Shown: piece after piece, positions 23,960-42,800 of the stretch
Position numbering within the stretch: the stretch's first letter is position 1
Layout: every line of letters starts with the position of its first letter
DNA from: Tubiluchus corallicola
Taxonomy: Eukaryota > Animalia > Priapulida
DNA length: 51,480 bases
Direction: 5' to 3'
Assembly: GCA_030141605.1 (NCBI GenBank)
Contig: JAQGDQ010001259.1
Coordinates: forward strand, 1 to 51,480
Made by a program: the position numbers and the translations under genes
The notes under the pieces: generated by a model
Database searches by the model: none
Told to the model about the DNA's origin: nothing
The model's input: the letters and a program-made list of their open reading frames with translations, nothing else

Positions 23960-24469
23960 CTTAGCAAGTTCATATGTCGTCTGTTTTTGCCTGTCACTAA
24001 TATTTTATAACTTTTAGTCATAATTTCGTCAAAATTTTAGTTTTTTTTACCTACTTTTGAAAAAATGTAACAAGTGTTTATATCAGTTCGAGCGAGGTGC
24101 ACCTAACCGTTTAATAATTATAAAGCACTTACAGTATCTCTTTTAGCAAAAATTATGTGGAAAAAGTACATGTATAGAGTTCGGGTATGGTGAGGCGTGC
24201 TTTTACCGTTGCATGGATAAAACTTCTGTTTAGCTTGCGTTCTACAGCTGATTTTAAACGTTTTAAAATGAGTCTAAAAACCTGCCTTTTTACTCTAACC
24301 TTTAATTAGTGAGAGTCTTAAAGCCTATTTTTTCTATTATATCGTTTAATTAGTTGCTTTGTGAATTTTTATTGTATGCTTATAATTTATTGCAGTCATT
24401 CTTAACTGTAGATCTGTTTTATACCCTATCTAATGACAGTAATTGTGGATTTATGCACTTTACAAATAA

Positions 24470-27031
<2,562 letters not shown>

Positions 27032-29035
27032 TTATTTGTAAAGTGCATAAATCCACAATTACTGTCATTAGATAGGGTATAAAACAGATCTACAGTTAAG
27101 AATGACTGCAATAAATTATAAGCATACAATAAAAATTCACAAAGCAACTAATTAAACGATATAATAGAAAAAATAGGCTTTAAGACTCTCACTAATTAAA
27201 GGTTAGAGTAAAAAGGCAGGTTTTTAGACTCATTTTAAAACGTTTAAAATCAGCTGTAGAACGCAAGCTAAACAGAAGTTTTATCCATGCAACGGTAAAA
27301 GCACGCCTCACCATACCCGAACTCTATACATGTACTTTTTCCACATAATTTTTGCTAAAAGAGATACTGTAAGTGCTTTATAATTATTAAACGGTTAGGT
27401 GCACCTCGCTCGAACTGATATAAACACTTGTTACATTTTTTCAAAAGTAGGTAAAAAAAACTAAAATTTTGACGAAATTATGACTAAAAGTTATAAAATA
27501 TTAGTGACAGGCAAAAACAGACGACATATGAACTTGCTAAGGTTTACAATTCCTCATACGCAAGAAATTAGTTCGTGAAGCAGATTAGGGTTAGTTTAAA
27601 CATAATTTATTTAGGATTGGATCAGACAGTTTGAACAACATGATTTAGCATCCTCACCACAACAGACTTTATACGCTATTTACCAGAACATTTACAGTAA
27701 GAATAGACTATAACTACACAAGCTGACAATTTTTGCTACAAGATTACATTAGACATTAGTAGAAAATGACGGTTAGACAATATTAATGTACGATTATTTA
27801 AGACTGATGCATTTCATATCAGATGGAAGCTACTGGAAACGTTTAGTACGTAATATAAAGTCACGTATGCACTGGAATATTTTACAGTTAGTAACATAGT
27901 TAAATTAATCTTTTCCGAATAATAACAACTTACAACAGATCATTAGTTCCTAAGGCAGCTATATTAAGGTTTTCGGGCAGAAGTATTTCATTTAATTTAT
28001 CGAACATAACAACCCTAGCTAGTTGATACAATGGGCAGGGCGAAAAAAAGTGTTCAACAGACTCAAATCGAAATCCACAGTTAGGGTTAGGGTTCGGATT
28101 AGGATTAGGGCTGGGTTAGGGTTAGGGTATGTGTGTTTAAATTACGTGGGGAATTATAAACTCCTTCCTAAACTTCAAATACTGCAGCGTTTAATTCACT
28201 AAGCTACGTAAAAACAATGATGAACTCTGAAATGCGCCAATGTTCTATACACCGCGCTGTTTCTAGGATCAGATGAAACAGATTTCTGATGCGGGTTGTG
28301 AACAGAACGAAAGGAATTGTTTACGTAAACAAAACAAAAGCATTAGCATAACAAACCTGCTCGATAAAAGCTCGCCCGCGTTAAACGCACACCTAATGAT
28401 GCAAAGAGACAAAAATACACCAATCATGTAATGGTCTTGTTAAACGAAGTCTTTCCAAGCAGCTGTTGTGCACTTTGCGACGGAGACACCGTTTTCTCAT
28501 TGGCGGAAAACTCAGAAGACGAGGGTTACCTGCATTTACCGGCACAGGTAGCACAATACCTTGACAGATATCAACCACAACTTGGCCAGGTAATGCGAAT
28601 ATGAACACGGTACAAATTTGGTAGACAATTTTTCACGAGACTGTCAGATTTTGTGATTTACTAAGTTGGTTTCGAAGAGGTGTAGACAAGGCACAATGGC
28701 CATTTTGACTGAATCACAAACACAATAAGATTAAGATTGACAGACGATCACAGTGGTCACGTGACTTTCAACTTGTTGGTATTCACGTGTAACTTGGAAA
28801 AGTTGTCCAAACTGAACTAGTACAAAATAACGGATTGTAAGATAAAGCAAATTAAGCTTAGATCAACGGTAAGTTTAGAAAAATTAGGAAACATTGAACT
28901 TACGTAATAATAACTAGTAAGGCATGAGCGTAACATACATTGTGTGAAAAGAATCGAAAAGTTGCCTCAACGGTAAACGTGTTAGTCAAACAACAAAGGC
29001 TAGTTTCAGTATATGCCAATAGTTTGATGACAGTA

Positions 29036-29066
<31 letters not shown>

Positions 29067-29072
29067 CGATGG

Positions 29073-29111
<39 letters not shown>

Positions 29112-31529
29112 CGATGATGATGGAGACGACGACGACAACGTCGATGATGATGATGAACGTAGTGGCGATGACGGTAACGGAGGCGATCACAAAAATAATT
29201 GGACAATTATGATGAAAACTATGAATTGTTTCACATTACAACATTAGATTCAAAATCTTACAATTTCAATTTTCGGAAGCCAACAAAAAAGGCAAAACTT
29301 TTATTGTGTAAATTAACATAATTTTCCGTCTGAAATATCTCTTCTATTCACAAGCAAATTACTCAATGCGTGACCAAGCCAAAACTCTACAGTGGTGAGT
29401 CAATATCTCCACGAGTAAGGTTGAAGTACTCTGCCAGGTAATACTGTTCACCAAAAAGATGAACTGGAATTTAAATAGAAAAAAGGTTATTAAGATACTA
29501 TTAATGACAGCACGATGGAAACAACTGAATTGCAATTAGCACAGCCAGTGACAGCTTCACGTCCCTCAGCTAGGCAACCACAGCTGTAATGAATTACAGG
29601 TAAGAGGAAAATGATGATCGTGCAGTTATGGAAACTATATTAGGCGCTCCATTAGCAACTGTGTAAACAGAGTAGAAAACGATACCAGAGGAAGTGTGAC
29701 AGATTCGGACAAAAGACGTTCTGTCCGCGTGCTGTATGGGGTCACATGACCTTGTCCTGTGAAGGATAGAAATCAAGTTCAAATGTCCACTCGTTATATG
29801 CAAAACGTAGTTGTTATCATAAGTGAATATTACTAAATATGCCCTGGGCTTGTAAATTTGATTCTGAAGGTATTCTGTAAAGATATTGCGCAACTAACGA
29901 ATTAAAGATATCGCGTAACCTACGAGTTAAGGATATAGAGTAACTTACGAACTAAAGATATTGCGTAACTTACGAATAAAAATATTGCGCAAATTACGAA
30001 TTAAAAATATCGCGTAACTCACGAATTAAAGATATTGCGCAACTTACGAATTAAATATATCGCGTAAGTTCGCAATAATGGGCAAGTGATTGTGAAAATT
30101 AGTTTCTGCATTTACGAAATTTGATTCGTGACTTTGCGTTTGCTCGGGAAAAAGTGTAACTTTGTATTTTTAAACATGCCCCTCATACACATATATATAT
30201 ATATATGTATGTATTTAAACCAAGCAGAAGTAAGGTTTCGCTGGTTTATGACGGTTTTACTGGCTCAACATTTTGGCACATTGTAATCACAAATAAAAGA
30301 TCAATAATTCTATTCAGTATATAAATTTCATATTTATAACTTATTTTTTTCTTCTGTCCTGTAAACTACATTATATTCTCACTGTAAGATACACATTTAA
30401 GAAATTTTCATTAAATGTGATTTAACTTGAAGCCAGTCAGCACAGATACTGGATATTTTAAAGGAAAGGTCAAACCTTCTAGGAGGTCAGGCTTATTTCA
30501 ATGTTCGCGAAAAATGTTAAAAGGATTTAGTAATGAAACTGCAATAAGCGCCTCGTGTAACTAGTAAAATCACTTTAAACTCACTTTAAGCACTTCATGC
30601 TTGGGTGCTGCCATTTTCAATGCCCATTCTTTTCCACGAATGACGTCATTTGTCCCGAAGAAATGTAGCTCACTGTCAATATTTGTCAAAACTATAACAA
30701 GTTTTTGCAACAAAATTAGAAAGCTGATTCTGTAAAATTTTTGCGTGTCAGGTAACCTGCAAAATTTTTAAAAAGTCTTACGGAAAACCACGAGGCGCTT
30801 ACGAATGTTACGTCATGATTTTCAAGTGAATGGCGGCAACCACCACGTCTAAAAATTTCTATTCAGGTGTGGCGTACTTTATACGTATTGGACTGAATTC
30901 GACTCAGGGGTCGAACTCCAAGATGGCATGGCGGTCTTGATATTGCGCATCACGAAGATCCATTTTACTATCGTTGTGTGACTGATTACTTAACTACAAT
31001 TGTTAATTTTAGTTACAAATGTTATGCTAATTAACTAAGTTAATGTCTGTAAACTAATACCATATACCTGTTATAGCATTTAACTCGCATAAAATAAAAC
31101 ACAAAAGCTACACTGTACGGAGTTTATTATCAGCACTAATAAAAATAGGGAACAAAATACACACACATAAAAAATAATTAACTAACTCAGTAACAGGGCT
31201 ATACCCGAGGAGCACCTGTGTCAGAAATCAAGGTTGTAGTGACCTCTACACGCTTTTATACTGGCATTCCAGATCACCTGGCTTCTCACACCACGTGCTG
31301 GCCCAAACAAGACGTCTGGGTCTACAAGAAAGGGGTTAGTCGCTGCTGACGTGGAAGCAGGGTGTGTAGAGGGCCCTACACCTGACCCGACACAGGTGCC
31401 TCCGCAACATTATGCTCTATAGGCAATTCCTTACAAATTTCTTTGTTAATATTTTTCTAAGTTTGAGTGATAACAGTAAAATAGACCCAGCATACTAACT
31501 AACTTGTCCTTTCCTCTAACATCGCATTA

Positions 31530-32206
31530 AGATCAACAGGTATTGTTGTTGGCATCCTTCTGTCTCGGAAGACAATCATCACATTGATGGAGCTGCAGCG
31601 TCGACTGTGGCTGAGCAGTGCGATCCTGGAAAGTCTCCATGGCGCACGCCTGGGCAAGATGTATGGAGATCCTGAGTTGTCCAGACAACAGGAAACCCCT
31701 TCTCTTCCTCCCTGGTGTAGTTCAAAGGAAAGCGGGGCGATACGTTTGGCACCAGGTTGGCTGCAGGAGCTGCCGGAGTCAGTGAGCATGGTGCACTGGT
31801 CCGCCTTCGGGGCCCCACTCCTGATTTGGAAGATTTACTCCTCTACACATGGCCGTTGGGTCACTTGACCTCCTCCGCCCTCTAGCTGTTGGCTGATTGT
31901 GCCGGAGTCAGTGAGCATGCTGCACTGATCCGCCTTCAGGGCCCCACTTCTGATTTGGAAGATTTACTCCTCTACACATGGCCGTTGGGTCACTTGACCT
32001 CCTCCGTCCTCTGGCCGTTGGCTGCTTGTGCAGCCCCTCCGCCTAGCGTCGAGATACAGTGTGGGCATCCCCCGCAAGCCTACAGCACCTGGTATTCCTA
32101 GGCGATCACCCATCCAAGTACTAACCAGGCTCTACGTTACTTAACTTCGGTGATCAGACGAGAAGAGGTGTTTTCAACATGATGTGGCCGTAGATCAACA
32201 AGTAAT
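31530..32206 (-). mobile_element. 5S-derived SINE, mirror copy
   Basis: Mirror of 19281-19970, 13 bp shorter near its 3' end. Confidence 0.75.
32076..32195 (-). pseudogene. 5S rRNA-derived sequence, mirror copy
   Basis: Reverse complement of 19292-19411. Confidence 0.9.
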
Positions 32207-33911
32207 GGCCGTAAATTTCTCGGAAATCATCGTTTGCAAGCTACAAACTTAATGGTTTGATCGGTACTAGCCAAACTAAACGATACCGGCTTTATCGGTT
32301 CGATAATATTCGATTCCGAATTCCATATAATAACCGATTCCGATAAAACTTTACACTCAATGACAGCATTTTAATGCATCATCTAGAAATTGTAGAATAT
32401 CATCAAGCAAGGGAAGATTTAGCAATAAACAACAGTAGCGCCCCCAGTGGGGCTTATACTGTTAATTATTAGCTTTGCTCAATGCCAAACTAAAAAACCC
32501 GAAAAGTATTTGCCGTGAGATTTAGTTACCACAGTGTAAACTTTCAAAAGGCAGTTCTGTTAATATCATACAATGCTGTTTACCTATTGTCTCATTGCAT
32601 ACAGAGCTTGCATTAACACTAACGCTGTATAAAACGTTTACATTTAAACTCCTGCGACGACACTTAGGCGCAGCCATTTTAACTTTAAGTCATTTGAGAC
32701 AAGTTCATTAGCGTTAATATCACACTCTTCCATAATTCAGCAAAACTTTAAATTACTTTATATTGTCAATAAGTTCAATAACGTCTTTTTCGTGAACCAC
32801 TGGCGCACGCTGGGATCATGATGCAGTGACGTTTTCCAGCAATAAGCAACAGTAGCGCCCCCCCCACTGTGGCTCATACTGTTAATTATCAGCTTTGCTT
32901 AATGTAAATTTGGCTTTTACGAATCCAAACTTGATGATGCTTTAGAACAAACAAACCCATGTTCTTCCTCAAACATCGCCTGACCACGAGAGACTTCTAT
33001 TGTTTACAATCATTTTGCTGAAACGTTTGATATAAAACGCGAATATTTGTGGTAATATTATTAGGCAAATGTACAGTCGCCTAAAGTCATCAGATAATGA
33101 GCGAGAAAACGGCCTTCTGTTTGTGTTCGAGTTCGTTGCCGTGCTTGGCAGATTATATCTTCAATGTTAATTAAACAGTAATATATTTAGTTACACGACA
33201 CATTTAAAAACGCTGGAGGTTTTGTAAGAATTTCTGAATTGTCTAATTTTGGCTTTAATTTTTGCCGGGCCCAATGAATTGGGTTAACTAAAATGGTTTA
33301 ATTAACGTTCTGCATTAGTCAAAGCAAGTCGAGGTTTTCCAAAAAATTTTCTGAACAGTTCCGATTCGATGTCGATCCGATTTCAATATTTGAGCTTAAC
33401 CGAACTGTTTCGGTTTTCTATTTACTTCGTTGAACACTTTTGGTCTAGGGAATTGAAAACCATCATGTAATTTCATCCACGCAATGAGTCATAGATCGTA
33501 AACTGCATGACTGTTTCCTGTTTTTAACTTTCATTTAAACTAGTATAAGCTTATTTGTTAAGTTCTAATCGAGTGTTGTCAAAAACATCTTACTTCGTAT
33601 AGTCATTGCATACTGCATAGTAAGTAAAAATACATAAAGAAATTGATTACTTATGGAATACCTAATAATAATGACAATGACAATGACAATGACAATGACA
33701 ATGACAATGACAATGACAATGACAATGACAATGACAATGACAATGACAATGACAATGACAATGACAATGACAATGACAATGACAATAGCAATAGCAATAG
33801 CAATAGCAATAGCAATAGCAATAGCAATAGCAATAGCAATAGCAATAGCAATAGCAATAGCAATAGCAATAGCAATAGCAATAGTAATATAATAGTAATA
33901 GTAATAATAAT

Positions 33912-33943
<32 letters not shown>

Positions 33944-36140
33944 ACAACAACCGCAACAACAACAACAATAATAATAATAATGATAATGATGACTACGACA
34001 ACAACAACAATAATAATCTTTATTTAAAGTCGGCTTTTGGATGAACAATTAACATTAACTCAAAGAGCTATTATCGCCGTCTGTAAATAACAAACTACAA
34101 CTACCTAACATAGACTATCATTATCCCACTTTTACCCTAAATACCACTCGCCAGGCAGGGCAACAGCAGCACCATTTTTAAAGTCTTTGGTATGCGGTAT
34201 CGAACTCACGTGCTCCCAAACGGGAAGCGGAGGCGCTACCACTAGACTAAACCGTATTACTGCTAATGTATTTCGTGGATATTCAAGGCACATTTTTAAA
34301 GCTAACCGAATGTTACTAAAAACAGTTCAAACATCCATACACTGACAAGACATCAATACCTCAGGGCCTCACAAACTGCAGGGGCCCCAAGAAGATTCCA
34401 GAATGAGTTTTATAGTCATTTTTATAATTAAGTAGCAATTAAGTAATCAATTCCAGGCCTGTTCACGAGAAAGATCATTTTCATCACTAAAAAAATTAAG
34501 ACTACTATTTAATGATTCTAACTCGTGTAATGTTAAGAAAAGTGGGCCTCGGGCCTTTATACAACTTAAGGCCTCAATGAGTATAAATCCTACACTGGAT
34601 TATAATTATCTGGAGATAAAATTTTGATTCAGAAGTGTAGTGAAGTTGATAATCATGGCGTTAATTTTATGAATTTGGGCCAGGGAAGCCCAGTTTTCTG
34701 TCGAAGAAACACGTGAGGATAATAATTAAATTGGGTGAAATTGCGCAGGTCTCACAAGCGGTCTTGTGTGAAAGAAGCCATTAATGTCTCAGCAGAGCAA
34801 AACAGCAAACAGATTCGCTTTGCAAAAATACACAACACGCTGTTAAACTAGATTTCACGTGTAAACGCAAATCATGTGTAGGTATGAAATTATCCAGAAG
34901 TACTTTAAGCACAAGAAAATCCTCCACTTGCATAAAGCTTAAAAAATTCGTCTAAAAATTTTACACCAGATACATACTGCCTTTTTGCATACAGAGCTTG
35001 CGTCGGCAATAACGCTGTACAAAACGTGTAAATTTAAACTCCCGCGATGACCACATTTGACGCAGCCATTTTGATGACAAGTCATTTGGAACAAGTTTAG
35101 ATAACATTGTGTAAAGTCTGGAAAAATAATCAGAGCATTCGTAGCGCACACGTCACTAACTAAATTAATTTAAAATTACCGTATCTTGTCAATAAGATTA
35201 AAAATACTTTTTTAGTTAGTGAGTGAAGCACCCTGGAGGGTGAGTCAACGACATTTTACCAATTGGTGAAAACATTTTAAATAATTAATAATTTACTTTT
35301 CCAGTTACATAAGTCTTTCTAGCAGGTAGGAGAAATGGTAAGTAACACAATTTTGCATAGAAAGTTTTTTGGGACATAGTTTAACATTGCCTTTTCTTCC
35401 CTTGATTTACGTTTGGTACATGACGTCATGTAATGGCGACATCGGAACATTATTGCGGGAGATTTAAAATGGAGACAAACAAAAATTCCTTTCAATGCGA
35501 GCAAGATATACGCATAAAATTTCTATAAAGTAATATAATTTTTTAAGACGATTTTTCTAAAACCTACTTCAGGTGCCCCCTTTCTTATCCTTTAATATAT
35601 TGATCATTCGTAAGCGAATAAAATATTACACAGTGGCAGAATGTCGAAAATATAGAAATAGTGTGGTAACCCGAGTAATCAACAACTTGTCTTGTTTCTC
35701 GTGCAAGTGGTAAGGAAAAAAACCACGGAAACTTTGCAGTTGTTACAGTATATGATACAGGTCTTAAGGGATCATTTTGAAGTTAAAACCAGAGTCGTTC
35801 AAGGTCGATCAACAGCTTCCATTGTTTGCAGTAATGACAGTAATCATACTACACGTAACCCTGTAATCACACCTGTAAGTACGTAGCACCCAAAAAGTTT
35901 CACCTGAGTGCAAAGTTATGGTCTCAAAGTCTGGTATTTTTAAATTTATTGGCAGTAGTAGTAGTAGCGAAAATGACAGGTTTACAAGGGATGCCACAAA
36001 ACACCAACGTAATTGGCTTGTCTTTCTTAAAAACTGCATTCTCAGATTACAGATAAATTATTTTTGTCTATATCATCATCATCACCATCAGCACCATCAT
36101 CATCATCATCATGATTGTTATTATCATTATATAATTGTTA

Positions 36141-36199
<59 letters not shown>

Positions 36200-36269
36200 G
36201 TCGTTGTCTTCGTTGTCGTCATCGTCATCGTCATCATCATCATGATTATTATTATTATTGTCGTTGTCT

Positions 36270-36310
<41 letters not shown>

Positions 36311-36322
36311 ATTGTTGTTGTT

Positions 36323-36469
<147 letters not shown>

Positions 36470-38610
36470 ATTGTTATTAATATTATCATTATCACTATTA
36501 CTATCATTATTTCTATTATCCTTATCCTTATCATTATTATTATTATCATTATAGTGGTGGCTGTAGCCAATGTAAATAAAACATATAAACATCTAATCAT
36601 CCAGAAAACACGGAATTTCATAGGGAAATTCTTGCAGGTTTAAAGTATCGTATCCAATTCGATTACAACCAAGTTAGAGAAACTTATTTGCTTTTTCCTT
36701 TTTATTTATATTTTAATTATGTTTCCGTAATGTATATTATGATATTATTTATTATATTTATTTAAAAATAATATGATGCAAGTATTATAAACTGCATTTC
36801 AAGAACAGATACCACATTATTTTAAAAATAATTTGCTCATCATTTCCAAGAATTTCTCCATTTTGGAAATGTGGAAGCTACTAAGTGTAGGAATCTCCTC
36901 CTAAGCCAACGCGTTCAGCAAAACCGGTCATTTTATTTCGATTTGCACTTTCTTCAAAATTTGTCCGCAAAAAATGATAAATGGCTTGGAAATTTGATGT
37001 ATAATTACTATTAGTGTAAAAATCAGGGCAGAGACCAGTTCGTCCTGCACCACTGACTGCAAATAGACGCACAATTACACGCATATATACCTATAATTGC
37101 ACTTTAATTTATGATATTAAGATACCATGCCTTGTGCATTACGCTGCATTCACTTAAAGCACAAGAACCCCACCCCCCACACACACACACACACACACAC
37201 ACCTACACACGCATACATAAAGCTTAAAAATTGTCAATAAGATTAAAAAAGGCGTTTTGGTTAATGAATGGCGCACCCTGCAATAGGCACGAACATTTAA
37301 ATTGTTATTTATACTTACATAAGTCTTTCCAGCAGGCAAACGAAATGCTAAGTAATATAGATTTGCGTGGAACATTTTTGGGACATAATTTAACATTTCC
37401 TTTTCTTCCCCTGATTTACGTTGTGCGTAGGTGACGTCATGTAATGACGAGTCGGTACAGTATTGCGGGAGATTTAAAATGAAAACAAACAATAATTCCT
37501 CTTAACGCGAGTACGATATACGCATAAAGTTGCTGTAAAGTAATATAGTTTTGTAAGGTGATTTTTCTGAAACCTACTTCAGGTACCCCTTTTCTTGTGC
37601 TTTAACACTTTACGTATCGCTATAAGATACGATAACTTATTCAGTTAGGTGTAACTTATGTGACCCAGTGATGAAATTGAAATACTTGGTCACCCACGGG
37701 AATTTCAGGCTTAATTGAAATTAATCGAAACTAAAATTTAAGGAAGACGTCTACAATTCTTCACACAATTTAAATACCCTAACCGTAACAATAACCCTAA
37801 TCCTAACCCTAACAATAACCCTAATCCTAGCCCTAACCCACCCTAACCCCTACCTTAACCCAAACCCAAACCCAACACTAATTCTAATCTTAATCATAAC
37901 CCTAATCCACCCTAACCCTTACCCAAACCCAAATCCAAACCGTAACCCTAACACTAATTCTAATCCTAATCATAACTGTAACCCACCCTAACCCTTACCC
38001 AAGCCCAAACCCAACACTAATTCTAATCTTAATCATAACCCTAATCCACCCTAATCCACCCTAACCCTCACCCAAACCCAAACCCTAACCCTAACACTAA
38101 TCCTAATCCTAATCATAACTGTAACCCACCCTAGCCCTTACCCAAACCCAAACCCAACACTAATTCTAATCTTAATCATAACCCTAATCCACCCTAACCC
38201 TTACCCAAACTCAAATCCAAACCTTAACCCTAACACTTATTCTAATCCTAATTCCTTGTGTGCGGGAATTGTAAACTTTGGTCAACTTAGTTTATTAGGC
38301 TCGAATCACTCTAGCGAGGGATATCTAACATGCTAAACTGACTGACTACCTACACGGATGAACATTGGACTGTTTTCGTCGCTAGGGACCATGATGGTCT
38401 AGTTGTCGAAAACGTCTGCGTTGTATGCAGAAGGTCCCTGGTTCAACACCCGGTCGTACAACAACTCTCATATTTCCTCGTTTTCATTATTTCGGAATTC
38501 ATTAATTGTGGCTTTGTTTCGTCACGTGATCGGTCTTTTCGTCACGCAGTTTCGTTTCTTGTTTTCAGTACTAATCCACTGTACTTCAATTTGCTAATAT
38601 TTCACACAAA

Positions 38611-39888
38611 TTAGCAGATGAGTCTGTTAAAAAAGAATGCCAATTATTACTAGAAAAAAGAAATCTCAAAGTTCGCAACACGAAAACTGAAGAATAAAAC
38701 ATGTCACGTGATGGGGATTAATTCTGGACACGTTGCAAATACATGGGATCCCTACTTAATTCAGAAGATAATATCAAAAATAGCAAACAACGGGCAATAA
38801 TAGGCCTATGGTTTCGTCCAAAATAAATCAATTCCAACCAGCAAGAAACTGTCAAAACAAGGCTGCAACTTTTTAATGCATATGTAACTAGTATGTTCAT
38901 GTACAACAGTGAAATGTGGGGCTTCACTGCAACCCAGGAAGCGGAAATAAATCTATTTCACAGAGGCCTACTCAGAAAAATCTTAAAAATAAAACGGCCA
39001 TATATCATTTCAAATGAGCAGCTGGATAACAGAATCAAAGAAGATCTTTGGAGCACTAAAATCAGAATCAGAAGACTAAGATGGGTAGGACATTTAATAA
39101 AATTGTCGGAAACAACAGCAGTAAAATTGGCATTAAACAGAACCAAAGGAGATCTTTGGAGCACTAAAATCAGAATCAGGAGACTAAGATGGGTAGGACA
39201 TTTAATAAAATTGTCGGAAACAACAGCAGTAAAATTGGCATTAAACAGAACCAAAGGAGATCTTTGGAGCACTAAAATCAGAATCAGAAGACTAAGATGG
39301 GTAGGACATTTAATAAAATTGTCGGAAACAATACCAGTAAGATTAGCATTAAACAGAACCAAAGGAGATCTTTGGAGCACTAAAATCAGAATCAGAAGAC
39401 TAAAGATGGTTAGGACATTTAATAAAATTGTCGGAAACAACAGCAGTAAAATTAGCATTAAACAGAACCAAAGGAGATCTTTGGAGCACTAAAATCAGAA
39501 TCAGAAGACTAAGATGGGTAGGACATTTAATAAAATTGTCGGAAACAACAGCAGTAAGATTAGCATTAAACGGAGCCAACGGAGATCTTTGGAGCACTAA
39601 AATCAGAATCAGAAGACTAAGATGGTTAAGACATTTAATAAAATTGCCTGAAACAACACCAGTAAGATTGGCATTAAACGAGGCACAGTACCCTGCTAAA
39701 CGACCTACAGGCAACTTGGATATCAAGAATTAATAAAGATTTACAACAGTTGAGAGCAAACTTGACAATAGCATCACAGAAGTTGACAAATTTAGCTACA
39801 GACAGGAAACAGTGGGGTGCTCCAATAAATGATAGACGCTCTCTGTGTACAATAGATGTTTGGTGCAACAGAAAAAGAAGAAGAAGAA
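38611..39888 (+). mobile_element. RTE-like LINE fragment, mirror copy
   Basis: Mirror of 11594-12875; ORF 38893..39492. Confidence 0.85.
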
Positions 39889-42800
39889 TATCGTCCAATA
39901 TCAAAACGATTGATTTGAATAATCCCTCATTTCGTCACACAGTTTCGTTTCTATAAAACGATCGATTTATCTATACTACTTACAGTGAGCACGTTCACTC
40001 AACAGTCCAACGTCTTACGTGACATTATGCATGGAAGAACACCATTAGTAATTTACACAAATGAAATATTAGGAAATTCTTCCAGGTGTGAAGGTCTCGT
40101 ATTCAAATTGCTTGCGACCAAATTAGTGAAACGTGTTTTCTTTTTCTTCTAAGGTATATTTTTATTATAAATCTGTCCTTATATTCACCTCTGGGGAAGG
40201 TATAGTTGTTTATTGCTGCGTTGCGTGCCCCTTTTCCCTCTAATGCCTGCGACTTAAAAAATTGTTGGCTCGATTAGCGACATTCGATCAATCATCAGAA
40301 AACAGAAGTAAGTTTCGACTGTCTGCATAAATTTGTTACTCGCTTAAAAAGGTGTGAGTATTTTTGTTTGACCTTGGATGAAAATGAAAGGTCAAACGTC
40401 TGGAAGCGTTTGGGAACTTTATATACCCTTTCTTTCAACGGAAAGTGTTTTTCCAGAAAAACCTTTTAACGCCTTCTGGAAGAGAAATTTTATTAGGTAA
40501 AATTATCGCGTCTGCACTAAATACATACGAACAGCAAAATAGGCAAAGTTATAGTTGCTTACAATTTAACGGAAGACTGGATGATTTTTCATATACTACC
40601 CCATTCTCACGTCAGATAAAAAGTATACATTTTAACTCAGTTAACACTGCAAAAGCGCTTCTGATAATTATATAATAGATTAAAAACTTAATTAACGGCG
40701 GGCGAGCCGAAACTATTGATGACATCACAAACTAACATAATTTTTAACAGCAAAAATATTCTACTAGCGTGTTTTACGTGTTTGTGAAAGAGAAAATTGA
40801 AGTTCAGAGCTACTGTAAGATATTCAGTGTGTTGTACTAAAACTAGGCAAGTTTTAAGATAAAAAATCAAATTTCCAATTCACCGCTGTACCCACGCATG
40901 AGCTGTCGAACGTGTGTAGTACGTCACAAAGTAACACATCTGAGCTGAAAGCACTGTACTTCAACTTTCGCTTTCGCAAACACGTGTCAACACAGACGTA
41001 CAATGTTTGTGCTGTTGAAAATTATGTTCATTTGTGATATCATCATTAGTTGGGCTCACCCGCCCCATTACCTAATTATCAGAAACGCTTTAAATAGCAC
41101 TATTACAAGTGTTAAAATATACACTTTTTACCGTACTTCAAAATAGGGTAGGATAGGAAAAATCATCCCATTTTGCTTTAAATTTTTCTTAATGCTTTCT
41201 TCTTATGAAGCCCCTAAAACAGTTACTGAAAAATGCACTGTACCATAGACCTATGCATAGACCATACACCTGCACGTAATAGTAATTGAGTGTATAAACA
41301 TAGAATTTATTCTCGACAGTCGACACTTTTACCTTACTGTAGTTACCTAATCAATACCTAATCAATACCTAATCAATACCCATCATAAGAAGTGAAATAA
41401 TTTAAATTACACTAGTAATTAATCGATTCTTAATTAATTACCATATAACATCTGATTTCCATTTTTATAAATCATGGTTCTCGTAAAACCCCATAGGTAA
41501 CGGCATTTCTCAGCCAAATTCAACAGGACTGCTTAGTGCTGGAATTAACTGTTGTGTAAAAGCTGTTATGTTATTTCAAAGCCCCAGGCAGCAGCTAATA
41601 CAATCAGTGTTTTAAACCGAGACGCTCAATTGTTTTACTTATGTAGCTAGACGAAGAATCGATTAGAATGAGTTAGCTGTGAGATGTGGTTGATTACAGG
41701 TAGGTGTTACCTGCGTGCGCCTAGACTGTCCCATATGACCATGTCCAGTGGGCTGAGACAGCTCTGGAACGGTGGTGTATTGTGCAATAAACGGTAGATC
41801 ATATGCAGATTATTTGTCCTCTCATTGTCTCCTATGCGTTTGTCTCTTGCCGACAGAAGATTCTTCTTGTCTCATAAAAGGTATTTACAACCGACTGCGC
41901 GTACCACTTTAGTGTCAACGCACCTCGCCGCTCTAGAAGTTTTAAGACCCCCGCGCGGATAATGTGCAATAAATTTTCTGCAGCTCCGCTTCGGATCTCT
42001 CACGTGAACCAAAAATGGAACTCCAAAAATTCGTGGAACACAAAATTTTGGTGATTGACAATTAGAAGACGTTGATAAGTTGAAGTTGGTCGCTTCAAGT
42101 CGGTGTCGTGCGGGAAGTGCTGGTGTACGCCTACCTTTAGGTATGATGGCTTAGAATCGTCTTTGTAGATTACTTCCATAAGTTGTTGAGTAAGTTTTAG
42201 TATTTTTAGAGGAAATTATGCAGATTTTTTGGCTTTACGGCTGGGAGAGTATAGTTTTATGTTTATGGAAAATTTTTAGATAGCCAAACTTACGGAAATC
42301 ATTTTATTCGGCTGCTTCAAGTTTTATTAATTGAGCACAAAAATTTCCGATTGTAAATGTGTGAAGGACAAGAAACGGGGATTTGGGTTTGGGTAAGCGT
42401 TAGGGTGGGTTAGGGTTATGATTAAGATTAGAATTAGTGTTGGGTTTGGATTTGGGTTTGGGTAAGGGTTACGGTGGGTTACAGTTATGATTAAGATTAG
42501 AATTAGTGTTAGGGTTTGGATTTGGGTTTGGGTAAGGGTTAGGGTGGATTAGGGTTATGATTAAGATTAGAATTAGTGTTGGGTTTGGATTTGGGTTTGG
42601 GTAAGGGTTAGGGTGGGTTAGGGTTAGGATTAGGGTTATTGTTAGGGTTAGGGTATTTAAATTGTGTGAAGAATTGTAGACGTCTTCCTTAAATTTTAAT
42701 TTCGATTAAGCCTGAAATTCCCGTGGGTGACTAAGCATTTCAATTTCATCATTGGGTCACATAAGTTACATCTAATTGAATAACTTATCATATCTTGTAG